Shown: positions 24,239 to 37,030 of the stretch, piece by piece | How positions within the stretch are numbered: the first letter of the stretch is position 1 | Layout of the letters: every line of letters starts with the position of its first letter | Origin: Mobula hypostoma | Taxonomy: Eukaryota | Length of the DNA stretch: 64,000 bases | Direction of reading: 5' to 3' | Assembly: GCF_963921235.1 (NCBI RefSeq) | Contig: NC_086097.1 | Span: 132,186,001 to 132,250,000 of the forward strand | Position numbers and translations under genes: made by a program | The notes under the pieces: model-generated | Seen by the model: only the letters and a program-made list of their open reading frames with translations | Databases searched by the model: none | Told to the model about the DNA's origin: nothing

Positions 24239-25318
24239 TGTCATGGTCCGGTCCGTGAACTCTGCATGGGTCCGGTCCATCGACCCTTGCTCCAGGTTTT
24301 CCTGTCTACCCTGTTCCTGATCCTGTTGAGCACTAATTGAGGCAGCTGATTCTCGTTGGGGCTGGCTGCATAAATACCTCCAGAGACCAGGGCGTAGCGG
24401 CTGGATTGTCCTTGTCCTTACTCCTTGTATCCCTTCCCCTACCTTCTGTTTCCACACCTGAAGCCTTGCCTAGTCTTGCTGGTAACTCTCACCTCACCTG
24501 AAGTTCTTGTCTTGCCTTGCATTGCCTGAAGCCTTGCCTTGTCTTGTCAGTAACTCTCTCCTCGCCTCACCTGTAGTCTTGTCTTGGAGCCACCCTGTAC
24601 CTAGCTCCCTTCCTGGCCCTTGCCTCCACAGGGTAAGTCAGGCTGCCTTGCTGTTACCTTGCGGTTGGTTCTGTCCCTTCCTGTCTCTTGCCTCCATTGG
24701 GTAAGGCAGGCCGTATTGCCGTTACCCTGTGGTTGGTTCTGTTCCTTCCTGTCCCTTGCTTCCGTCGGGTAAGCCAGGCCAGATTGCCGTTACCCTGTGG
24801 TTGGTTCTGTTCCTTCCTGTCCCTTGCTTCCGTCGGGTAAGCCAGGCCAGATTGCCGTTACCCTGCGGTGGGTTCTGTCCCTTCCTGTCCCTTGCCTCCG
24901 TCGGGTGGAGAGCCGCGCCCTGCCCAGTTGTACCGCACCCTGCCCAGGAGGAACTTCAAGACCCCAAGCCTCTAGCCAAGCCTTGCCTCAAGTCTTTGGT
25001 CTCCAGCCTTACCTCAAGTCTCTGGTCTCCAGCGTCACCTCAAGCCTGAAGACTCCAGCCTCATCCTGCCTGCCAGTCAAGTCATGTCCTTGCCTAGTTC
25101 TGGGTCCGAGCCAGAGCCAAGACCCAGGTTCTGGGTCCTTGTCCAGTCTCTGGCTCAGAGTCCAAGCCCGGGCTCCTAGCTCTCTTGTCCAGTCCTGTTC
25201 TGGGTTTCCGGTTTTCGTGTCCATGTCCTAGCCCTCACCCTGTATCCTAGTCCTGTCCCTAGTACTTCAGTGTCTGTGTCTTGCACTTGGGTCCGTTCCC
25301 AGCCACCACCTTATGACA
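24239..25318 (+). mobile_element. Solo LTR (1080 bp) of an LTR retrotransposon
   Basis: Inverted termini TGTCAT...ATGACA; 5-bp TSD TATAT (24234-24238, 25319-25323); TATA-like CATAAATA near 24369; GC/CpG-richer than flanks. Orientation inferred. Confidence 0.85.
24617..24906 (+). repeat. 68-bp tandem repeat, about 4.2 copies, inside the LTR
   Basis: GGGTAAG recurs at 24631, 24699, 24767, 24835, with a partial unit at 24903. Confidence 0.95.
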
Positions 25319-25839
25319 TATATGCTTTGGCTCCTGTTGATGTCCTTGGTCTCACAGTTTTAACTCAATGTTTGCCTCTAACCACAGCAGAAACCTTTGA
25401 GTAGCAGGACAAATTGTATTTATTACTGCATTGCTATTAAAAGAAATGATACCATGATCTGTGGTTGGAATATAAAAGTTAGCGTCTAATAAGATAGTCT
25501 GCATAAAGAGAATCTTTTCTGAGGTGATTGGAATACCCAATGAAGAAGTCTCCATTGAATTAATATGACTGGTACATTTACACAGTTAGTATTCTTCCTT
25601 ATAATTCTATGTGCCTGTGATGTTGCTGGAATTCCGTGGTACATACATGTACTTGTGCATATGACAATAAACTTCAATTTGACTCCTTTGCAGCGACCTG
25701 TGATGAACTGCAACAATTACTCTGGATTTTTAGATCCAGCGTGGTTTGAAATTGTCCCATAAAATTAATTTAGATAAAGATATATGTAATGAAAATCCTG
25801 TTGGGATATATATTTTGGGAATTCTAATTCTAATTCTAA

Positions 25840-26310
25840 TTTCTAATTTTTTTTTGTTGTCACATATACTCAGATACAATGAAAAGTTCTTGTTGCATAT
25901 CATACATACAGAAATGAATTGGAGTAGTAAAAAATGAAAAGAAAATAGAATGCAGAATAAGGCGTTACAGTTATAGGGAAAACACAATGAAGGTAGGCAA
26001 AGTACAAGAACTACAACAAGGTGGATCTGGAGAGCAAAAGTCTATCTTCATCATATAAGATGTCTTGTAATAGTTGGACAGAACCTGCCCTTGAGCTTGG
26101 TAGTACCTGCTCGCAAGCTTCTGCCTGATGGAAGGGAGGAGAAGAGAGAATAACTGGGGTGAGTGGGGTCTTAGACTGTGTTGGCTGCTTGCCAGAGGAG
26201 AGGGACATGTAGGTGGAGTCAATGGAGGAAGGCTGATTTTCATGAGAGACAAGGTTGCGTTCACAGCTCTGTATAATATTCTCTCTGCCACACTGAAAAA
26301 CATCTTGAAG
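25840..26310 (-). mobile_element. Rex1-like LINE 3' relic
   Basis: Degenerate ILYRAVNAT...LPPL...HSPQLFSLLLPS motif shared with other Rex1 fragments in the window. Confidence 0.6.
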
Positions 26311-27306
26311 CAATAGGTCAGCCTGCAGAAGTTTCACTGATGTGATATTGGACTAACGTAAACACTAAGAATTGGAATAATGCTTCAAATATGTTTAAAA
26401 TAATGTGTTTGATGCATAGGAACTTCAATTAATAAACTTTGCTTGGAAAAGCCACTTGGAAAGGAACCTGTGGTCTCCAATCAATTACAAAAAGGCAACT
26501 AGGCAAGGATTCAGTGATCTTAACCCATAAAAAATGCCGAGCTGCAGAGAATGCATACATGAAAGAACGCATTGCACTCAGTGTCAGCCATGTCGACATC
26601 CAGGGCTATGACAGACATGCACAAAATCTGAAGGGATCCCTTCAATTTGAAAGCAAAGTAGCAACAAAATTTGGAGGCTAAATTATAAGAACTTCAGTTT
26701 GGTCTCAAAGATCTTTATAGATCATAAATTTATCCAATTTATAAGAACTTTGACAAACTAAGCATGAAAAAGCCTTTCTGGGCTGACAGGCAATGTAGGC
26801 AACATCAGGGGGTTGCGTAGATGATTTTCAACAGGGAATTGAACAGGAGACTCCTGGGTTCAAGCCCTATCAATGATATGTGGCAAAAGAGAAACAAATT
26901 ATGCCTGAAATGGGTTACCTTCACAGGTGCTCTCTCATCCATTGGAGACAGAAGAAAAATTAACTAAACTCTGGTCAATTCTGTTCAGTTCCTTGGTGTT
27001 ACCATATCAGAGACGCCGTTCTGGAACCAGCACGCAAGCGTCACCACAAAGAAGCCACAACAGCGCCTCTACTTCTTAGAAGTCTGCAAAGCTTTGGCAT
27101 GAATCTTAGTGTATTTCTTTGTTTTTCTGTAAATACCTGCAAGAAAATGAATCTCAGTGTATTACATGATGACATATACATACATACTTTGATAATGACC
27201 TTACTTTAAACTTTGAACTTTAAATAAATTATTTCAAAAAACTAATGCTATACTCTATGTTAGTATGCCAGGAAGATTTTTGCTATTGACTATCCTTCCT
27301 CTATTC

Positions 27307-27383
27307 TTGAGGTTCCTAACCCTAATGCATAGACCCCTACCATTAACTGAGGGGTCCCGTGGACTCCAGGTTGGGAACCCATG
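27307..27383. mobile_element. Degenerate copy of the 14310 MITE
   Basis: GAGGTTCCTAACC ... CCAGGTTGGGAACCCATG. Confidence 0.6.
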
Positions 27384-28297
27384 CTGTACACCCTCAGTCC
27401 TGAAATGTTGACCATCCCTTTGCTTCCTCAGCTGCTGCCTGACTCACAGAGTTCCTCCAGCTTTTTGCATCTGCTCCTGGTTCTAGTATCTGCAGTCACT
27501 AGTACCTCCCTACTGACCATTCTTGATATGGTGCCACAGACACAACCAGATACGACTGAAGGAATTTATTAACCCACATGAAAAACAGATAATCATTAGC
27601 TTATACTTCATGTCAAGTATTTCAATATGCCATGCAAAGCAATACTTTAATAACAGATAAAATCAAGTGCAGGCTGACTTCAGTTACACAAGCTAAATTG
27701 AATTGTGCTTCTCTAATCAGGTAAGCATCCTCTAACTTATTTACAGCCAAGTTGCTTTGCTGTACCAAACAGTGAAACCTGATATTAAAGTACAGTATAG
27801 TATCATTTGACTGGAAAGTAGGAATGCAGAAGAAGAAATTAGAAAGGCGACACAAGAAGTTGCAGATGCTGGAATCGGGAGCAAAAAAAACAAGCTGATC
27901 AGGAGGTCAGTAGGAATTACAGAGGGGTATTGAAAGTAAGTCTCACAGAACTCTCATTGAAGAAAGGAGAAACATTTTTTTCGAAGTGGTTATACTTTGA
28001 AGAGTCTTTGTAGTGGAGTAGTACAATAGAGACATGAGAGACTACAGATGCTTGAAATTAAAGAGCAAGAGTGCACTAGGAATCAAAGGGGGAGCAGTGA
28101 AGGATGGACTTGCAGAACTCACTTTGAAGAGAAGCCTCTCAGCTGAAGCTTCACCATGGGCTGGGGAAACCAGGAACAAACTGCTGGAGGAACTCAGCAG
28201 GTTGATCAGCACCTGTGGGGAAAAGGGATTATCAAGGTCCAGCATCAAGACTTGAGTTTGGAGAGAGAAGGATGCCAATATAGATGCCAATCTGTAT

Positions 28298-28465
28298 TCT
28301 TTCAAAAAAGAGTTAGATAGAGCTCTTGGATAGCGGAGTGAAGGGATATGGGGAGAAGGCAGGAAAAGGGTACTGATTGTGGATGATCAGCCATGATCAC
28401 AGTGAATGGTGGTGCTGGCTCGAAGGGCTGAATGGCCTACTCCTGCACCTATTGTCTATTGTCTA
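28298..28465 (+). mobile_element. Young short CR1 3' end inserted in a Penelope-derived repeat
   Basis: GAGTTAGATAGAGCTCTT...AATGGCCTACTCCTGCACCTATTGTCTATTGTCTAT; near reverse complement of 41591-41770. Confidence 0.8.
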
Positions 28466-29341
28466 TAAAGAGGAGAGGAGGAGGAATGAAATAACATCAG
28501 GATGGTGAACAAGTGGGAGTGAGGGAAGGAGATTACTTTCAAGAACTCGGCTGGTCAAGCAGCAGGTGTGGAGGCTAAGATATTTGTGACATTTTGAAAT
28601 AAAGCCCTACAAAGGGACTGAATATATAGAGTGAGGATAGCCAGTACTCAAAACTGGAAACATGAAGAGTTGACATTATGGGTCACAAAGAGTGCATCAG
28701 ACTGTATATCTGATTCATACTCACAAAGTTGTGTAGAATTTCCAAGAGGAGTACCACCCCCTCCTCACTGTTCAGCTTTAAAAAGAGGTTTCTACATTGT
28801 TTGCACAGCAGGGCGACCATTTTAGGGTAGATAGGGGTAGAAATTTGTCTCAGATATCACTTGTCAAACGTGATACGTACAAGTGTACACATCTTCTGAA
28901 ATTCAAAGAGCCTGACTGATCTACCTACCTAACCCAAGAAACTTTTGTCCAACGAAGTTCTGTCAATCTCAGCCTCTGGACAGTGAAGGGAGATCATTCC
29001 AACTACCTCTGGGATACATGTTCTTCTGACTGCACTGTAGATCCTCAATTCCAAAGCAAAGTAGTTTGCATACAGTAGTTCCACCAGGCATGTTATTGCA
29101 TTGCCTATCTGCCTCATCTCTTTTAGAACCACGATGAATAGATGACATCTAATAGTCTTGGCACATTAAGTCATAATCATTTGCTTTGAGGAGGAAATGA
29201 AGAGAAATTCAAAACACACATCAACTGCAGCAAATCAAACAGTTTTTAGCTACGTTTAATATGTCATCTAAATGTTAGTTCTTCAGTATCTTTTTCCATG
29301 TGAATGTCCAGACACTGCCAATTACTTATTGCATTACTGAC

Positions 29342-29731
29342 GTTATCATCATCATCATTATATGCCATGTTATGTGACATGGACGATCATAGTCTCGTGA
29401 CCATGATTGCTCTTGGAAAATTTTTCTACAGCAATGCTTTGCCATTGCCTTCTTCTGAGCAGTGTCTTTACAAGATGGGTGACCCCAGCTATTACCTATA
29501 TTCTTTAGTGATTGTCCGTCTTGAGTGTGTGGTCACATAATCAGGACTTGTGATATGCACCAGTTGCTCATACGATCATCCACCACTTGCCCCCATGGCT
29601 TCATAAAACTCTGACTGGGGGGCTAGGCTGGTGCTACACCTTGTCCAAGGGTGACCTGCAGATAGCGGAGGGAAGGAGTGCCTTACACCTCCTTTGGTAG
29701 AGACATACAATATCTCCAGCCACCACACAAG
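29342..29731 (-). mobile_element. RTE-related non-autonomous element (BovB/Sauria-like GAAGAAGGCAATGGCAAA motif), copy 1
   Basis: 11-bp TSD GCATTACTGAC (29331-29341, 29732-29742); (TGA)n tail; colinear with 49229-49620. Confidence 0.82.
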
Positions 29732-30344
29732 GCATTACTGACACCATTTCAAATGACTACAGGAATACAAATAAGCAAAAATATGCATTACCCATTTGAA
29801 AATCTAAGGCTTACAATGGCAGAAATCTGAAATAAAACCTGAAAATTCTGGAAACACCCAGAAGGGTAAGAGGCGCAGGTTCCAGGTCAATAATCTTCTA
29901 TCTATATTCTTAGTGATATTGATAAATAAGGGCACCTGGCCAAGTAGCTAGGAGGCAGCCCTGCCCATTCATATTTTTGCCCTATTTCCACACGCAGGAA
30001 TATGATTCTGCTAACTCAGGCCACTTGGTTCATATGTAGTACCTCTTTACCAGGCTCGTCTCCATTGCCCAAGCATGATGTCAACCAGAAACCCAACCTG
30101 TGATGCTTGGTGTTCCCACAGAATGACCTTGCTGGGACTTTCCTCTCCACATATTCTTTGACCACTAATGTATTACACATTGAACAATTGTATCCTGGAT
30201 GAGGAGCTCGTTCGGCTAGCCTCCACTTACACATCGCCTCAAATATAATGTGGTACAGAAGGCTATGGGCCTAATGTGGATAAATCAGATCAGTGTAGAT
30301 AAGTACAACAAGCAGCATAGAAATGGACACAAACTGAGACAAAC

Positions 30345-30640
30345 ATTAGATGCTGCTGGAAGGTTATGAATTTAATGAAAAATCCACTTTGGTCTGTCCA
30401 ATCCAGTTCAGTGGAATGTCCGTAAGGGAATGCTGCCACCTGGCACATCCCGGGCTTCAGGAGTACTTGCTGAGGGACACACTGAAGTTCAGTGCAGCCA
30501 ACACAATGGCTCAGTGGGAAGGACTGCAATCTAGGACCATTCTGCCACAAGACACTGAGGGTTTGGGCTCTGCGTAGCAATCCCACAGCTTGAAGGGTGT
30601 GTTCTTCGAAGAAACCACATGAATGGCGTTGGTACTCTGC
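30345..30640 (+). mobile_element. Tx1/L1-clade ORF2 C-terminal relic
   Basis: MSVRECCHLAHPGLQEYLLRDTLKFSAANTMAQW resembles vertebrate Tx1 ORF2 ends (ECCRLAH...YVLRD.LK.GA...AQW), from memory. Confidence 0.55.
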
Positions 30641-30689
30641 TGGTAAAATATATTAACTGGACTGCACAATGAATAGATTGGGCAACACC

Positions 30690-30975
30690 AGGAGGAGAAG
30701 AATGTGTCTTCAGAACAGAGATGGGGATGAATTTCTCTAGCCAGAGGGTGTTGAATTTGTGGAATTCATTGGTACAGATGTCTGAGGAGGCCATGTCTTT
30801 GGGTATATTTAAAGCAGAGGGTGATACGTTCTTGATTAGTCAGTGTATCAAAGGTTACAGAGAGAAGGCAGCAGAATGGGTTGAAAGGGATAATAATTCA
30901 GCCAGGATCAAATAGTGGAGTGACTCAGTGGATCAAATGGCCTAATTCTGCTCTGATGTCTTATGATCTTATATT
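30690..30975 (+). mobile_element. CR1 3' fragment
   Basis: NFSSQRVLNLWNSL...GIFKAE; (TCTTATG)n tail. Confidence 0.8.
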
Positions 30976-32509
30976 GTAAGGAGTACAGTGTACTGTATTG
31001 TTTTTGGTATATACCTCTCATGAACAGAGTTTCTCTCTGAAATAAAATAGGTGGACCCAAGATCTGTCTCTGTGCTGTGAAAGGCATCCCAAAACGTTAC
31101 ACACTACCATACTGTCACCAATCCCAAAAGAATACCAATACTCAGACATCTAAGGAATAATTAGGGCTGATGTCATTACCAAAGCCTGACAGTATGAAGC
31201 ACTAGACTCAAGGATAGCTTCTTGATCCGTGGTAAAGAGTTCAAGTTCAGGGATAAGGAAGACGCTGTATTTGGACATCTCAGCGGGTTGGGTGAGGTTA
31301 TTAAAACAGAAAATGGAAATATCAGAGAAAGATTTGAAATGCAAAATGTGAATCTTAAAATTGAACTTCTTTTAAGTGGTTAAGTAAGTTATCGAGGAGT
31401 GCTGGGTGACTAGCAATGGATGCTTAGTGCAGAAGAAATGCATTGGAGGACAAAGCATTAAGGCATAGACATTCACGTCTTTCTGGCTTGCAGTGATTCC
31501 ATCTGTGTCAGTTTCTGAAAATATATGTTAAAATATATTCAGCAAAAGAACTTATAGCGCTGTGATTAGCTGCAAATGGGATTCAAAAGTGAATGGCTTA
31601 AACATCCCAGAATCATGAGGGAAGGCTATCTGAAGACTGGTTGCAGTCAAGTCAGTCCTCCTGTTTGAGCTGCTTGTGGTGGTGACTGTGCTCTGGCCGA
31701 GTATATCTGATGGAATTGTGAAGCAGAATTGACTTAGTTCCCTGAGAGCACTAATTGGGCCCTGCACATCACACCTATTGAGGAGAGGCACTCTCCCCTT
31801 CTCCATTCCTTGGTAAAAAGATAACACTTGCATGTAAAAAAGGTGGAACTGCAAGATTCCCACAGCAATCCCTCTATGCAGTAATGGTTCCTCCCTCTTG
31901 CTGCCTGAGGCATTTAACATATTGAAACAGTTCATCTTCCTGCAATGAACCCAATAATTCTGCCAGGTGGAGAACTCAGGTTCATATTTCTTCATGTTGT
32001 CTTCTGGCCACATATCTCCACTGATCTCTGCTATCTGCAGAGTTTTACAGCTCAAATGGCTGGAGCGCAATGAATGCAGTTATTACCATCATCAATAACC
32101 TGACAATTTTTATCCATCCTTTAGTTTCACATCCTCTCCTTCATCCTTGTCCTCTCAGGCCAGATAATGTGCATCTTGAAATCACTGACTGACATAACCT
32201 CTGGTGAAGGGGAGCAATGTTTTTTTTAAGGCGTCCTTGCTGAAATTGCATGAAACTGTGGGGAAAACAGGTAGTTTTACCACGTCCATCGCACAATGAA
32301 GTGCTGTCATGTCACAGCAAGCAACTTACACTGACTCATTTCAGTGTAATGTGGGATTTAACAGTGAAGATGAGGTGACTGACTCAAATGAGACGCTTGC
32401 AGTTATAACATAAAGGAAGTTGGTATTTAGTTAAGCTCTTCAGTTATAGTGAAAGGTGATATGCAGCAATAACTAATATTCTCAGGTGAAATGGGTCATC
32501 TCCTTGGTT

Positions 32510-33145
32510 AAAATGATTCTTGGCACCTTCCGTCCATCTGCCATGTCTGCCGGGAGCTACCAGTAACCAGCCATTTTAATTCTACTTCCCATAACCACAC
32601 CAGTATGTCTGTCCACAATCTCCTCTGCTGCAGGGTCGAGCAGCTTATATTCCTCTGGGCTGTCTGCGTGATCAATGAATTCTCAGAATTGTCTAAATGT
32701 TCCACCCGAACCACCCCTCCCATCTCTTTTCCATTTTCTCTCTTCTGGCCAAACCAGGCCCTATTCTCCTGATCTGCTTTCCTCCCCCATGCTTGCCATG
32801 TATCAATCACCCACCCACTCCTCCCACTGTTTCCCTCCCCTTCCTGCCTCCTTTCCATTATTCCATGCTCCATTGCTTTTCCAAATAAATTCATCATTTT
32901 CAGCCCTTTGTCACTTCTGCCTGTCAACCCCCCAACTTCTGACATTACACTGCCCCCCTCCCCCACTTGGATTCACCTGTCCCCTGTCAGCTCTTCCTTC
33001 ACTCTTTCTACCACATTTTTTATACTGGTTATCTCCCTTCTTTCCAGCCCAGATGAAGATTATTGACCCAAAACATCCACTGTCCATTTCTTCAAGAATG
33101 CTGCCTGACCTGCTGAGATCCTTCAGCACATAATGTGCTGCTTGT
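32510..33145 (+). mobile_element. Penelope-like relic (GIY-YIG end, 3' region, decayed hammerhead)
   Basis: ELPVTSHFNSTSH peptide; ends CAGCCCAGATGAAG...ACCCAAAACATCCACTG and GCTGCCTGACCTGCTGAG. Confidence 0.7.
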
Positions 33146-36100
33146 TGATTAAGTTGCTGGTTGAAGTTAACTGAATATAGATGGTGTCACATTATTTATA
33201 ATCTCACAAAAACTGAATATTCCCTAAATAAGCATCTTAAAGAAGAGCTGTCAAAACAGACCTTATAGTCAAAACTTACCGTGTTCCAAGAATGACAATT
33301 TACATTTATGTAGTTCTTTTTTTTACACAGTGAAGCATCCAGAGAGTATTCAGAGGCATGTCATCAGACACTTTGAAGGTGTGGGCCTTTTAGGAGTTCA
33401 GAAGAATGAAAAGGGATTTTACTGAGAGACCTAAGAAACTAAGAAGGCATGACAGGGTGGAAGAGCACTTCACATCTGCTCAAGTAATCTACAACTAGAC
33501 AGCATGAACATTGAATTCTTCATTTTCAGTTCACCTGCTTCCCCTCTGTCTCTTTCCCTCTCCTTATGATCCACGCCATTCCTTCTATGAACAATCTCCC
33601 ATCACCCTCACCTTCCCCCAGCATTCTCGGATTTCCAGCATCTGCAAACTTTCTCTTGTTTGTTCTATCTCCCAGTTTATTTTCCATCCCCCTACCTATT
33701 CCATCTGTCTATCACACACACACTCCTCCCACTAGGTTCCTCCCCCCACTTCCATAACCCAGCCAACACAGTTCTCCACTGCTCTCCCTCACTTGATATT
33801 ATATGTCGCAATGGGAATGCATAGATCTAGTTGTATAAACCTTGAAATCAGGTAGAAGAGGAAAATTCTTCTCCACCTTCTTTCCCTATCAGATTCCATC
33901 ATCTGCAGCCCCTTGTTGTCTCCACCTATCACCTCCCACCTGCAAGACAGAGGAAAGATAGCCAGTATAAAGGGTGTGGACAAAAGGGAGTTGTACGAGC
34001 AGTCAGGAGATTGGTGCCCCCACCTATCACCTCCCGGACCCTTTTATTATTTCCATCCTGTCCTCCCTCCACACCCCGAGATTCCATCTGCTAATCACCC
34101 CTCTTCACATGGATTCACCTACGGCTTGCCAACTCTGGATTTAATGTCACCTAGTCCTGAGCATCAGCCCAGATGTTGGCCCTTGAATCGCAGAAATAGG
34201 AGAAGAGGAACACAAAGTCTAGTGTGCTACCAAAAATGTTGACAGAAGATTGTTTGTATGTTATGGGAGCTTGTGGCACATAAATTAGTATCTTCTCTAC
34301 CATAGTAACTAAATTGGACAAGTATCTCCTTGACTGTAAAGCACTTCATGATGTTGACTAAGTGGCTAAAGATGTGAGGATATTGCCACTATGCTGAGTA
34401 ATATTTGGCATCTCAAGATGTTTGGTAGTTCAATTGGCATTGTGAATTTTCCTCTTCTACAAAGTTTCAAAGATTGTACAACTGGATCTCTGCATTCTGT
34501 TCATTGCCTTGACTCCCGCTGGAAGACAATTCATTGCACAGCTGGATAGTCTCCCTTGCAGTCAAGCTAGATTCTTGAAATGAAGAAACTGTCCTTGCCC
34601 CAGTCACAGAAGGAAAGAGGCAAACTTTGTTCCAGATAACACAAGCTAACAGTGAGAATCTGCTTGTACTTCAATGTTAATCTGACTGCCTCAATTAATG
34701 AACCTCAGGAATGCCTGAAGATGTCACAATGAAAGTTAAAGTTGAGCTTATTGTCATAAGCAGAGGTATATGTATGCTCAGGTGCAACAATAAACTTACT
34801 TGTAGCAACACCAGAGACATATAGCATCATATAAGCAGCATTTACAAGTAAAAACATGCATAAAACATGAATTACATATATTTACAAGAAAAACACAATT
34901 AGAATAAAAAAAGTCTATTTTAGTGCGAAGTGATCAAAGTTGTTATAATGTTGCTAATATTAGTTCCATAAGAGTAATCAACCAAAAATGCAGGTGAAGT
35001 ATCTTCCTGGATGAGGCCTATCCTTCATTTCATCCAAGGAAGACTATATTTGATTTAAGTCACCTCAGTGTAAATTCATAGATTAATTCCTGGGATAACT
35101 TGGTTGTCATGTAAGGAGAAATTAATAAATTTTACTCGAGGTTTGGAAGGAAATGAAATCCTTTTGAGATAAAACATTAAGATAACTAGACAGCATAGAT
35201 TTGGTTTGGCTAGGCTGGAGTGTAGATCAAGATGCCCATGAGGACAAGTTTTGTACATTTGGGACAAGTAAAAAGAACTTAGAAGGTAGTAAACGTTTGA
35301 AAATGTTTGGCCTGTGGACTGTAGGACTTCAGTTATTAAGTACATTCAAGGCTGGTATGAATATACTTCAGGGCTCACATGGATATGGGAGAAATGTGAG
35401 AAAGTGGGATTGAGACAGAGAGTCTCATGAGCAGACAGAATATGGAACAGACTTGACCAGCTGAACTACTCCGGTTCCTATTTCTGATCTGATATGGGAA
35501 TATTATTTGCCTTGACTTTGTGCAAATATTTAATTTGCAGAGTTTGTTTTCTATTGCACATTGGTTATTTGTCAGTCTTGTACTTGATATACAGCATAGT
35601 TTTCCATAAAGTTCTATTGTATTTCTTTTTCTGGTAAATTCCTGAGAGAAAATGAATCCCAAGGTAGTACATGGTAGCAAAAACATACTTTGGTAATAAA
35701 TTTACTTTGAACTTTGATTAATAGTAGCAAAGGTAGAAAAAAACAGGGGAGATCTTTTTCTATCTGCTGTCTTTGACCCGAGCTGCTGCTTACAGTATTC
35801 TCCCGGGTGCTGACCTTCACTGGGATTCTTGCTCCCAGCTTACCATCTGACCCATGGCAATGTAACGGTTCTCCCAGTGCAGATGTCAGCTGCTCATACA
35901 CAAAGCATTTACCAGCTCCCACCCCACTGGTTGTTAACCCCTGTCACTTTCAGCAACATTTGTGAGTATATTTTAACAGTCAAAGCATAAAAATAACTCA
36001 CTAAGAAATAGTTTAAAACAATGATAAAAATGATAAATAATTGAATTTTAGAAAAATAAATTTATAAAGAATATATACATTGAAAAGTAAATGACAGCAA

Positions 36101-36599
36101 CAAAACCAATTTAATTAAATTCAATAAAATGCATGATTTTTGTTCCTGAGAGTTGATTTCTTCCTTTGTTTCAATATCTCACTTTCTGTGGCAGTTTAAA
36201 CACACAGCTGGTTGGATTTTATATCTGGGACATTCTGCACCCCATGGAAGTTAGCTTTGTCCCATTACACTATGAAGAGTCCATCAACACAGTACAGATA
36301 TCCTATAATTGGCACTCTTGGAATAGCCTATGCTCAGGGATAGCACAGCTACAGGGTTATCTACTGGTAGTACTGGTATTACAGCAGAAGATCGGTCCCA
36401 TTGTTACACTGCTGAACTTTGCTGAGCAGTGTATTCTGGGAAGATGCACGTTCATCAATTACAAGAAGTTCAGGAAGGTCGTGCATCAACTCTAAATGGC
36501 TCACAGTAGGAACAACGTAGTCCTCAGGAAAGACTGAGTAGTCTAGGATTATTTTATATCTATGGCCATAACAGTATGAGCTACTGGCATAAATTTAAT

Positions 36600-37030
36600 G
36601 GCCAGCATCGTTTTCCAAGACAGTCTCTTGTGATTGAGAAAGACATGCATTCACACCAGTTCTACAAGTACTCAGGTAGTTGTTGACACCATTGGAGAAC
36701 CTGCAGATTCTGCCACAACTGGGCCAGGACATGTTTCATGTGACAGGTGGGTGCGCTGCTTAGAATGCTACATCTTTAGTTCTTTGTCCTTCGCGTCCAT
36801 GAAGTGACTCAAGGTCCTGAATACCATCCCAACCACTCAGTCCCCATTTTACTAAGGCAGGGGATCAGGATTCCAATGAGTTGATGAATATCTTATTTTT
36901 TCAAGGAGGCTTTGGGAACCTCCGTGAAATGTTTTCTCTTGCCTCTCCGAACTCCTGGAGTACATTGTTTGTGTTGGGAGACTGGTATCTGAAGTGAAGA
37001 TGAAGTGACTTGCCCATTGAAGGTAACTGT
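36600..37030 (-). mobile_element. Old RTE LINE 3' relic
   Basis: Degenerate minus-strand similarity to the RTE ORF end (GG.RK.F...KASLKK...SW). Confidence 0.5.

Noticed and set aside
24617..24906. CRISPR-like array
   Set aside because: Whole units are repeated with no unique spacers, inside a eukaryotic LTR.
31552..32070. 172-aa minus-strand ORF
   Set aside because: Non-ATG start, no domain or motif recognised; could be chance or a decayed element.
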